From contig JAKIMF020000001.1 of NCBI GenBank assembly GCA_022605425.2, positions 372,001-436,000 of the forward strand: a stretch of 64,000 nucleotides of DNA, written 5' to 3'. Source of the DNA: Hamiltosporidium tvaerminnensis FI-OER-3-3 (Eukaryota > Fungi > Microsporidia). The notes beneath the pieces are model-generated. The model was not told where the DNA came from. It made no database searches and was given only the letters and a program-made list of their open reading frames with translations. Each line of letters begins with the position of its first letter. Position 1 is the stretch's first letter. The position numbers were made by a program, and so were the translations under genes. This document shows, piece by piece, positions 52,548 through 64,000 of this stretch.

Positions 52548-54275
52548 TTCTACCTTGAGTGCTATGACAGACGAGGCAAAGGAATTTTTAGAGGGGATTG
52601 GCTTAGAGATTAACAAAGAGAAGTCAGCCACAAATGATAAGTATAGTGAAGATACTGCTACCTTCTAGAAAGTGTTAGTGTTTTTAAATATTTAGGAATT
52701 ATAGAAGATAGCAGAAGAATTCCAACACGTAGCTCATTTGAAGAAGTACAAAGCAAACTGATAGCAAGAATTGAAAGACTTTCTCACACAAGATTAAATG
52801 CAAAAAATTTATTTTCTGCAATCAATCAATCAACATGCGATATCGTTAATCAACTATCACATAGGAGTACTTCGACTTGAACCGGCTGACTTCTCTAAGA
52901 TAGATGATGCAGTTCGTTCGGTGTTGGTGAAGAATAAGATACATCTCCGCCTAGGATGTAAAGAGCGTTTGTATCTTACACGAACAGAACTTGGAAGAGA
53001 CCTAAATAGTTTTGGGTTGCAAAGCGAACATATGCTTCTGCAGTTCTTGGATTGTCTTGAAAAAAGTAAAGAAATATCAATCAGACGAGCAGCAATCTCA
53101 AGGGTGGAAAATAAAAATAAAACCCATCTTGCACTAATAAAAGGCTTTTTAAAAGTAAAGTACAGGTTGGTAGAAGAAGTCACTAAGAAAAGTTTAGAAG
53201 AAGCTTAACTTGCAAAACTATATAACGAAATAGAAAAACGAAAACTTCATTCAAAGTTATATAATGCAAGGAAAAACTAGCTTGTAAGTCTTAGTGACTC
53301 TTCAAGATGGTTAAAAAGAGGAAATAATAGGCCACGAAACGAAGCTGTGTTTTGCTATATCCAGGATAGAAATTTATTATGGGGATCAGATGGTATGTGC
53401 CAACACTGTAATAAATTTGGTAAGACGGTAGATCATCTAGCAACTCGATGTGAAAAAATGCTAGGTCATGACTACACAGAACGGCATAATGAATTGGTTA
53501 GATGCCTACACCTACTTCTTCTGAATAGATATAAGTTTAAGTCTTCAAAACGAATAAGGAGCCACTCAGTTCAAGAAATTCTTGATAATGAGTATGCAGA
53601 GATAAGAGTGGACACCAGAATTAAAACTGATGTTAAAATTCGGAATAACAGACCCGACATATTTATTTTAGATAAGAAGAAGAATAAGATAACACTCATT
53701 GAAGTAGGAATCACTTCTCAAGATTCACTTCAAATAGTTGAAACTGAAAAACTTAGGAAGTATGACTTTCTAGCCAATGAGCTGGGTCTTATTTACAAAT
53801 GTAGTTAAGAGATAATCCCTTATGTGATGACCTGGGACGGTATTGTGACAAAATACCATAAATATCATCTTAAAAGACTAGAAATACACATGAATTGTGA
53901 GGCATACATTCAGTCTATAGTACTTAAGAAAACAGTCGAAACAATTTCCTTTGATCGACGAAGAGGACTTGAGTCAAGACTAAATGCCGAAGAGAGCTGG
54001 GAGAGAGCGTCAATGGGTGTTATTATGAGATCAGAGATGCATGAGGAATTAAAACCTTATTTAAAAGAAGAGAAGAGAGAGGAAGATGGTTTAAAAAATT
54101 TTAAACTAAAAAATAAAGCACCCTTTATTTCACAAGGAGGAACCACTTTAGAGGAACCGACCAATAACATAAATGAAGAGTCGAATTTGGAAGAAGAGAC
54201 AGAAGTGGTTAAGGAGGTAGAAGAAAACATTTGACAAATGGTAAAAATATTTTAACCCAGAATTTTATTAAATAA
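52548..54275 (+). mobile_element. 5'-truncated RLE retrotransposon fragment, chimeric (R3-type 5' junction, R2-type 3' junction)
   Basis: The 5' flank equals that of 16341. The 3' end and flank (…aataaaactcatatgatatc) equal the reverse complement of 11215-11270. Confidence 0.9.
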
Positions 54276-57200
54276 AACTCATATGATATCTTTCTAAAAA
54301 TATAAAAAAGAATATTTTGATATTAATGTATGATATATTGAATAATCACAATAGAAAACCTCCAAAATATAAGTTAAAGAAATTAATATATCAGAATTTT
54401 GTATAATACGTGATGTGTTGGAGTTAAATCTAATATACGCTATTTTGAGTATATTAGAGACAAAGAACGAATTAAAAAATCTCAAAAGGGTATATTTTCA
54501 CAAAGAAAACTATTTTTTTGGTTTGAATACGATTTTAAATAATTTATTTGTCGATTTAAGCAAAATTTGGATGTTACCAGACAAAATGAGTTCTTAAACA
54601 TCATAAAAGTTTTTGTTTTGTCAGAATATCTAGGTTTAATGATTAATAAGGTATTTCTAATTTGAAAAATAGTGTGTGCTGTTTGCTAATTATAAATTTA
54701 TATTAAGGCTATTTCAAAATATTATTATATTTTTGAAAATTAAAAATTATGTTTACTCTAAAAGGATACTAATCTTATAGTAGCCGGCATAACACAAATT
54801 AATTGGAAAGATTCGGGGTTTGAATACCGATTTTTACACTGTTACCTTTAAATTACAAATATTTACGCCAAAAAAACAATCTATTTGTCACAAGAGACAT
54901 TAGTAAATACCTATATCACATGGCAAACCAATACTATATTTGTATACTGTTTTCATTCCTGAGAAAAATTAATCAATAAAGAAAAACTAAAATAAACTTA
55001 GAACTTTAAAAAGAAAATTACAAATTTTTATAGCATTAAAAGTGCCTCTAAAAATGATGAATATTTTTTGGTCTCACGGAAACTGAAATAAATAATGCTC
55101 ATCAACATATTTTATTCATCTGTAGAGCTAAATAAAACAGAAAAGAAATGATTATCGAGGTATCGAAACGATTTTAGAGTTTGTTGGTGGTTACAAACAT
55201 TTTGAATAAATTGAATGTCTCAAAGTAAAACCGAGAGAAATTAATCTAAAGCTATTAAAAGGACACTTAAAGTAAAGATTTAAACGTTTAATGATACATA
55301 GTTGAATGTATCAAATTTATTTTACCAATCAAATTTTAGGTAAATATTATTCATTTTTCTTATAGAGTATTTGTAGCCAAACATTTAATTGATCTAGATA
55401 TATGATAAATTATTTTGTGTTCTAGTTATGAACACTATACAAATAGGACTCGAGGTTCCGATAAATCGTTTCTGTCAAAATAAAACCTTAAGAAATCTTT
55501 CAGAATGTTTAATTTGAATATATATGTGATTTTGCAATTCCGTGGTTCTCTGTAAAAAAAATAAATAAATTCTAAGAAATGAAACGATTTGGAGCAATCT
55601 TGCAACAATAATAAACTATTTCTGTGTAAAATTAAAAATAGAAAGAGAGATAAAGAGATGAAACTAAAAAATTCTAAAAAAAAATATCTAGCGGAGTAGA
55701 AAATCGAAAATAAATCAAGCTTTATATCCTAGAAGTAAATGATAATAGGTGTTAATAACACTTACAAAAAGCTGATTAAGAAACCTTGATGTTAAATATA
55801 CTAGAATTTTGTTATTATTTAAATAGAATGCCTTTTTGAGAACGAAAAAACTTAAAAACGGCAGAAATTTTGCGTCGCGATCTTAACTACGTAAAGAAGA
55901 TCCAAATTAAGAAATAAAATTTGTTTTTCTGCGCATCTAATGCTTATAAATACAAATGATCAAAGAATTTAAACGTCATATGAGCTATTCAGTTCAAAAG
56001 TTCGCCAAAAAAAGCGAAACTAAAAATAAATTTAGATAAAAGATATCAAATATCAAGTTAAAATTTACTTATGGTTCTGTATTGAATAGAAATTATAGAG
56101 AAAGATCTATTTCAGAAATATTTTTTTTGCTTCAAACTGGACATGCGATAGAATAAATTTAACTTTATTTTTGTTATAAGTAAAGTATTTCTTGTATATT
56201 AGAACAGAGTTTGACACCATTACAGAGTATTTGTTCATTATTTGTTTCTAGACATCATAATATGTATACAATATTAAGTTTTGCATCCGAATCAAAAATA
56301 GGACATGTGAACAGCCAATATTAGTTTAAGAGATAGTCAATTTTTGCTTTGATAGAAGAATAAAAGGAGTATAAAGATAGAATTCAGATAGATTACAAAA
56401 GTTCGTACTTATTCTTTGTAATCGAGAGGAAACATAGATCAAAGCCATATCTTATTATACTGACGTACCTGAGAAGATATATATGTTTCGTTAAGTAAAA
56501 AAAAATTCAAAAAACATTTGAACTCTTTTTGTGTGCAAAATTCGAAAATAAAGCGTCGAATTGAATAACGAAGAAAATGTTGGAACGTAATAATTCTAGG
56601 AATAAATAAATCGGAATGGAATCGGTAATCATCATAAAAAAACTTATTAATAAAATATAATTTAATTTTTATATTTTTGATTTCTACAAATCTAATTTAA
56701 TATTTATTTTTCCAAAAAGGTATAATAAATTTTTAAACCACAATACAATCAGTTTTTTTACAATATTTTTCTTTTATAATATTGTAAAAAGGAAATGGCT
56801 AGTTATAGACCCAAGATGCATCTAAAAGCATTTGGAACTAAAACTACGCATTTTTTTCCTACTATTTTGTTGGTACTGAAGACCGTCAACTATTATCAAA
56901 TAAATTATTTACATTTGTCATAGTACTAAAATCATTATTCGTAGGTTTTCCAGAAGTAAGTTGTGTGAAAATATTCAATTTATATGTAATAATTTGAAAA
57001 TTCGATTTTATTTGTATATTGACTTAGTTAAGAGCTATGGATTTTTTTATACCAAATCATTCTTTATTTAAAACAACATATTTGAAAGATTTTCTTAATT
57101 ATAGTAACTTAAAATTGCAATGAATATGTGTGTGTTTGAGTTGTTTTAAACAAAATATAAATATAGCTTTAATAAAAGCTATTTAAAAAATTCTTTCAAG

Positions 57201-60176
57201 GATTTGGAAATAATTATACGGAGTTAAAATTAACAGTTCAACCCATTTTTTTGAAATTAAAAAATAGATCAGATAAATTCATTTTTTTTATATTATAAGA
57301 TAAACCAAAATACCTGTCTTTTATTTATTATTAAATAAATAACATTACTCTTGGGCGCATATATCTGTTACCGTACTTTTATTTTGAATTTATCATATAA
57401 GGAATATTTTGTCCATCATTTACAAAAATTAGATTAAGACAATAAAATATATGATAAAAAATACAAAAAAATTAACGCAATTTAAAAACAACGGGAATAA
57501 TATTATTTGATTAAATAGATTCTTTGTTCTGTCTTCAGATATAAATTTTGTATTCCTAGAGCTCTTCAATAAAGAATTTAAAAGTGTCGAATTAATTCTC
57601 TTTTAAATAATCCAGCTTCTTCTATATAAAGCAATTTATTTTGTTTCTTTGTGCCTATAGTTTACATTGAAGAATTGTAGAATATATACATCTTTTTCTG
57701 GATTAAACTATATACAATTTTACGAAGCTCCGCATTTTCAATATTCTCAAAACCTAAGCCTTTTGGTTCTTCATATAAATTCTTGTAGACCAAAAAGAGT
57801 GATATACGGCTCTATACTATTATCTCTTGAATAATGTATATTCTGTATTAATTTTGAATTAAATTATATAACTGATTCTTTTTCTAGTATTTTAAATATT
57901 TCTTCATTAATATTATTGAAATTGACTACAATGAAATATCCATATACCTCGAAAAATCAATGCCTGCATAGGTAACATAATTACTAGTCGTCTTCATAAT
58001 GTTTATATTAAAATATACATTATTAGAAATTTCTCATCTGTTTCTTTTCGACAAGATAATTCTTTTGCGATTGTTCTTACAACTATTTACTAATTAAGGC
58101 AACCTGTCCAGGATTTCCAGGATGTTTCAGACTTTTATTTACAAACTTGATATAATGCAAACATAGAAATTCTGTAATATAAGAAAATAAAATTCGTGAT
58201 ATTTATCGCTTTTTAAAATCTAGGAGCATTTTTATGGTTGAATAATTGCTTTAGAGTGGATATAATGTTTTCACTGTTTCAATTTTCAATACAAATAAAA
58301 AAAGAAACTTTAAAACAAATTGAAAAATTTAGAAACTATTCATATCTGTCATTTTCATTTCCATATTTCTTTGATCAAATCAATCCAATTGTACTATAGT
58401 TTAGGAATATCTTAAAATATGTGAATTATTCACAAAACGACTTAATAATTCATATTTTTTGCAAGTGAAAAAATTTAAAATATATTTTTTCTTTTTCTTT
58501 TAAATTCGATAATGCGAGTTTAAAGGTGTTCATACATGCCTTCATTCCTTTTTGATTGCGTGGGAAGTGTATCAAAAAGTGCATGTTTCTTTATAAAATT
58601 TTAATCCGGTAACAGCCTCTGTAATATTTTTTTCTTTATTTTTAAGAAATTTTTACTTTTGTTAATTTTAAGTTTTTAATTTAGTTAAAATTTACATTTT
58701 TACTGAAATGATAACCAAGATGTGCATTATTTCATTCTGATAATTTTATTTATAACTTTCAATAGTACATTATCGCCTCAATCCTTCTCACAAAACCATA
58801 TAAATAAGAAAAATAATGAAGTTATACGCAAAGTTCTTAAAAATAAAAAAAAACTTATGAATTTTGTATATAAAAAATATTTTTTCTTTAAAAAAAAGAT
58901 GTATAAGTGGAGAAAGAATAATCTCATTTTAAACTATCGCTTGGAAATGTGTGTATAAAATTTGTGTGAAAATCATTGCTTCCATTGAGGTGGGATATAA
59001 AACACCCCTGATCTATAGGCCAATTCCCTGTAATCCCGAGTTACAATAGACAAAAAAAACAAATGGAAAACTTTCATTTGTTCATATTCGACGCCAAGAG
59101 GTAAAAACAGAATGGAATAATTGAGTAAGTAAGTCTAAAAATTTTCAAAATTGCTTCTTTTCGAACAAACAACACTCGAATTTCTACGTAGAATAAAAAT
59201 TTTTCCTTCTTATTTCTTATAAATTTATAAATAATACAATTAATAAAACCGATAATGAAGTTTTGGATGCCAATATTTATACTTAACAAGTATCTAAACA
59301 TTCAAATCCAAAAAAAGATTAAATATCACACAGTTCAAGAACTTTCTGAAAATAATGATCAGAAATAAAACTAGAACTGAGGTATAAAGCTTATTACAAT
59401 ATTTTCAAAATAGACAAGATATATTCATGATGTAAAAGAAATTAAATATGATTACACTTATCTAGGGTGTAAACACGAACAAGATTCGCTTCAAAGAATG
59501 TAGACCAACAAACTTTAGACATACAAATTACTTCTGTGTGTTTTATTCTGTTTATAAAATTATTAGAAAAAAATTTGTTATTTCTTAGTTTCGGATTATA
59601 CATGACAAAATACCATAAGATATATCATGAAAATTCTAAATACTCATAGAATTAGAAACACGCATGTAATCAACAATACACAAAAAGGCAGTCGAAACAA
59701 TTTCTTTTCAATAACCAAGAGAATTCGAGTCAGGACCAAATGGCAAAGAGATTTGAAAGAAAGTACCATAAGTATTTTACAAGGAAGAGAGATCCCAAGG
59801 AAACAATACGCTTTTTAAGCTTAGCTCCATTGGGTATTGTGACTTTAAACAATAAAAAACAAAAAAAAATCCACTCCTTATTTTGAATTAAGATGCCAAT
59901 ATCAGAGATTCGAACAAAATAAAACTTACCTAATTATTCCTTTTAATCTGTTATAACTCGGTATTATAGAGAATTGAACTATAGATACAGTGTGGTTTAT
60001 ATCCTACCAAAATGGCAACAATGAATTTCACAACAACTTATGATCATTACCAAGCAGATGGTTTTTAATGTGCATATCCTACCTCTTTTTATAAACAAAA
60101 AACAAGAATAAAATTTAGAAGAAGAAAATTAAATATTTAAAATGATGGAAGGTTATTCAAAAAATAAAAAAAAATT
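54276..60176 (-). repeat. Spacer cassette S, copy 3 (inverted)
   Basis: Reverse complement of 41528-47432. Confidence 0.92.
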
Positions 60177-60179
60177 TAA

Positions 60180-61829
60180 GTTTAAAAATCGTATATAAAA
60201 TTATGAGTTAAAATATTTTTACCATTTTTTATATTTTCTTCACCTCTTTTAACTTTAAAAATCGTTTATAATATTGTGAGTTAAAATATTTTTACGATTT
60301 TTATATGTTTTCTTCCACTTCTTCAACCATTTTGTCTCTTCTTCGATATCCGACTCTTTATTTATGTTATTGGTCGGTTCCTCTAAAGTGGTTCTTCCTT
60401 GTGGAATAAAGGGTGCTTTATTTTTTGGTTTAAATTTTTTTGCACCATCTTCCTCTCTCTTCTCTTCTTTTAAATAAGGTTTTAATTCCTCATGCATCTT
60501 TGCTCTCATAATAACACATATTGACGCTCTCTCCCAGCTCTCTTCGGCATTTAGTCCTGACTCAAGTCCTCTTCGTCGATTAAAGGAAATTGTTTTGACT
60601 GTCTTCTTAAGCTCTATAGACTGAATGTATGCCTCTACATTCATGTGTATTTCTAGTCTTTTAAGATGAGATTTATGGTATTTTGTTACAATACCGTCCC
60701 AGGTCATCACATAAGGGATTATCTCTTAACTACATTTGTAAATAAGACCCAGCTTATTGGCTAGAAAGTCATACTTCCTAAGTTTTTCAGTTTCAACTAT
60801 TTTAAGTAAATCTTGGGAAGTGATTCCCAATTCAATGAGTATTATCTTATTCTTCTTCTTATCTAAAATAAATATGTCGGGTCTGTTATTCCGAATTTAC
60901 ACATCAGTTTAAATTCTGGTGTCCACTCTTATCTCTGCATACTCATTATCAAGAATTTCTTGAACTGAGTGACTCCTTATTCGTTTTGAAGACTTAAACT
61001 TATATCTATTTAGAAGAAGTAGGTGTCTGCATCAAACCACTTCATTATGCCGTCTGGTGTAGTCATGACCTAGCATTTTTTCACATCGAGTTGCTAGATG
61101 ATCTACAGTCTTACCAAATTAATTACAGTGTTGACACATACCATCTGATCCCCAGAATACATTTCTATCCTGGATATAGCAGAACACAGCTTCATTTCGT
61201 GGCCTAATATTTCCTCTCTTTAGCTATCTTGGAGAGTCACTAACACTCACAAGCTCATTTTTTCTTGCATTATATAACTTTGAATGAAGTTTTCGTTTTT
61301 CTATTTCGTTATATAGTTTTGCAAGTTAAGCTTCTTCTAAACTTTTCTTAGTGACTTCTTCTACGAACCTGTACTTTACTTTTTAGAAGCCTTTTATGAG
61401 TGAGAGATTGGTTTTATTATTATTCTCCACTTTAAGGATTTCTGCTCGTCTAGTTGAATTTTCTTTACTTTTTTCAAGAACATCCAAGAGTTGCAGAATC
61501 CATTGTTCGCTTCGCAACTCAACACTATTTAGGTCTCTTCCAAGTTCTGTTGTAAGAAGATACAAACGCTCTTTACATCCTAGGCGGAGATGTATCTTAT
61601 TCTTCACCAACACCGAACGAACTGCATCATCTATCTTAGAGAAGTCAGCCGGTTCAAGTCGAAGTACTCCTATGTGATAGTTGATTAACGATATCGCATG
61701 TTGATTGATTGCAGAAAATAAATTTTTAAAGTTTAATCAGGTATGACAAAGTCTTTCAATTCTTGATAAAAGTTCGCTTTGTAATTCTTCAAATGAGCTA
61801 CGTGTTGGGATTCCTCTGCTATCTTCTAT
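60180..61829 (-). mobile_element. 5'-truncated RLE retrotransposon fragment (R1'') with a duplicated 3' tail
   Basis: ORF pieces at 60255-60710 and 61383-61613. Confidence 0.92.
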
Positions 61830-61906
61830 TTTAAATAATTTTAAAAATATATTCAAATATAGTTAAAAAATAAAATTAAAACAATAAAAATCGAAAATAA
61901 AAGGAT

Positions 61907-63113
61907 TTATTGATTATTAGCTGCCGAAAGTGCTTCTTCATACAAAAAACAAGGGATTTCTGATAAATTTGACTCAAAAATTCTTTTTACAATCTCAATT
62001 TGCAAATTTATGGATTGCAAATCATAACATTCAATATTTGGAAAAATAGTGGGAGTAAAAATTTTGTATAGATTATCTGACCCCATTTTATTATATTTTG
62101 AATACTGATCAACTTTTCGAAAGATTTTCTGTAAATAGATAAGCATCTTTCTATTTTCATTTGTAATCGAAAATATAATTAAAGGCACAATATATTCTAT
62201 TATTGAAGGATCCGTCTGGTTTTTTATTATTTTCATCACCCTTTCTGCAATCTGAACTGAAATTATCCCATTCATTATCTCCCGAATATATGCTTTGAAA
62301 ATTGAAGCGTTGTCATGAACTGATAACTCAGTATAATCATATCTCTTTCCTGCAGCTAAAACACCCGGCATAAATTTATAATAGGCATATTTACCAGAAA
62401 TTCTAAACAATCCCTCTTTTTTGATCCCTTCATCTAAAATATGGTCACCAACGGTATAAACAAATGTATTTCTTTTTTTATATGATAAGAATCTTTCTTA
62501 AACGAAGATCTGAATATATCTGAAATTCTTTCTAAAATATTATCTTTAAAACTGGATCTATATTTACGAAGCTTCTTAAAGCAAAAACAAGCCAATTTTA
62601 TTTTTTCTATATGGCTAAGTGAAATCATATTTTATAGTTTCATTTAGCTTTTGTTTCTCTTTTTTCTAATTTCTTGCATGGAATTTCTTTTTTTTGATCT
62701 CGAGATGGTTCATTTACCAGCTTTGATTTAAAATAAATTTCATTTATTTTGTATATCATTATAGGAAATTTATATTCCATATGATATTTTAACATCGGGA
62801 ATCTCTTATCTTTATGATTCCAAATGTTTATTTCATGTATTTTTACTGCTACATTTTCAAGAAAGTATAAATTTGCTTTTTTTGAATCTTCTTTAGATTT
62901 TATACTCTCTTCTTCTTTCTCCTTCAATTTCGAATTTTTAATGATCCTAAATATACTTTTATGTATATTTCCCATATCATTAATATCTTGCTTGCATTCA
63001 TTGATTTTATTTAAGATTCTAATCAGTTCACTCGATTCCAGTCCCTGATTTTTTGTTACTTCTGAAATATTAATTTTTTTAATATTTCCGCTGTTCTTTA
63101 TTTTGCCAATCAT
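61907..63113 (-). pseudogene. RhoGAP-domain gene, copy 5, frameshifted
   Basis: ORF pieces at 62640-63113, 62434-62628 and 61907-62410. Confidence 0.8.
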
Positions 63114-64000
63114 TTGTTTATTATTGTTTTTTTTATTATATAGATTTCAAATCGAATGTTTGTTTGTAAATCTGCATTGATTCTCTTTATCTTAAACAAA
63201 GTGTATCAAAATGAAAAAAAGGTTATTAATATATCTTTTAATCTTATTTTAATTTCCTTAATGATATTACATCAGATATTAAATTAATTTTTAATAAAAT
63301 TCATCTACCTATTTATTATCATATCTTATATTGTTAACTAAAGATAAAATACTAAACAATTGACTATTTTAAATCATCAATTGAAGATGTTCTTATGTTT
63401 TGTAAGGAAAGAGATTTATTTATCTAAATTATTTTAAAATCTTTTATTCTTTTATCTATTATTTTTTTAAATTAAAAAGTGTATTCGAGATGAGTGATTG
63501 TAAATACCTAAAATTATATATCTTTTCGAATTAGATGGAATTTAATAAAAATTTTAACTTAATAGTACTTTATATCTGATAGAATAGAATTAAAAAAGAA
63601 TTTTACATTTTATTTTAGTATGTAGATATTTTTTACCCTTATCAGCAAGCAAATGGGATTATTTAAGTCCTACATTTTATTTGAATTTATATATTTTAAA
63701 ATTTTTAGCTACTGAATGAGATTATAAGTCCGACTTTTAGAATTAAATTTTAAATATTTTATCAAAAAAATATTTTTTTTCGGATTTCTTAATATTACAA
63801 ATCTGTTATATTAAGTCGCAATCATAGTATAATTTATAAACCGAAAATTTTGTTTTAATCTGCTATATTTATACTCCAATACGTGCCAAAATCTTTGATA
63901 GATTAAAAACACATGTAAATGCAATCGTTTGATGTCTATCAGGCAACAAAGATAACATAGTAAATATATAGCAAAATATATTGCGAAATACTAGTAAACC

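Larger units (their letters stand above)
37085..54250 (+). repeat. ~17-kb direct duplication of ~890-18030 (offset ~36.2 kb)
   Basis: Collinear throughout: 2391->38591, 11270->47475 and 16591->52798. Confidence 0.92.
37701..64000. repeat. Large inverted repeat: arms ~37701-49000 and ~52700-64000 (>=11 kb each) around RhoGAP cassette 4
   Basis: Base 64000 pairs with 37701 (ggtttactag / ctagtaaacc). G3-R1'-S2-R2' is mirrored by R3'-S3-R1''-G5. Confidence 0.9.

Noticed and set aside
2456-63048. Short antisense or overlapping ORFs on RhoGAP and retro copies (e.g. 2456-2680, 11727-11933, 21841-22176, 48571-48852)
   Set aside because: These are shadow frames of real coding sequence and recur only because the DNA is duplicated.

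Overview
Very AT-rich, gene-poor eukaryotic DNA. It is most consistent with a large-genome microsporidian such as a Hamiltosporidium-type parasite. This is an inference from CCC/GGG motifs just before ATGs, AATAAA overlapping a stop codon, no visible introns and a secreted LRR family. One family of RLE-type (R4/Dong-like) non-LTR retrotransposons dominates the window. It contributes one full-length open copy with a 12-bp TSD and almost no UTRs, one decayed full-length copy, eight 5'-truncated pieces (one cut by the window edge) and older relics. The truncated pieces are the joints of a modular array in which a ~3.5-kb RhoGAP cassette (5 copies) and a ~5.9-kb spacer cassette (3 copies) occur in both orientations. 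The result is nested large inverted repeats and a ~17-kb direct repeat with mosaic, gene-conversion-like sequence. The unique middle region holds a frameshifted Tpa1/OGFOD1 prolyl hydroxylase, a non-autonomous hAT (Buster/Charlie-like) element and a decayed secreted LRR gene. Repeat boundaries were judged by eye and are approximate unless stated otherwise.
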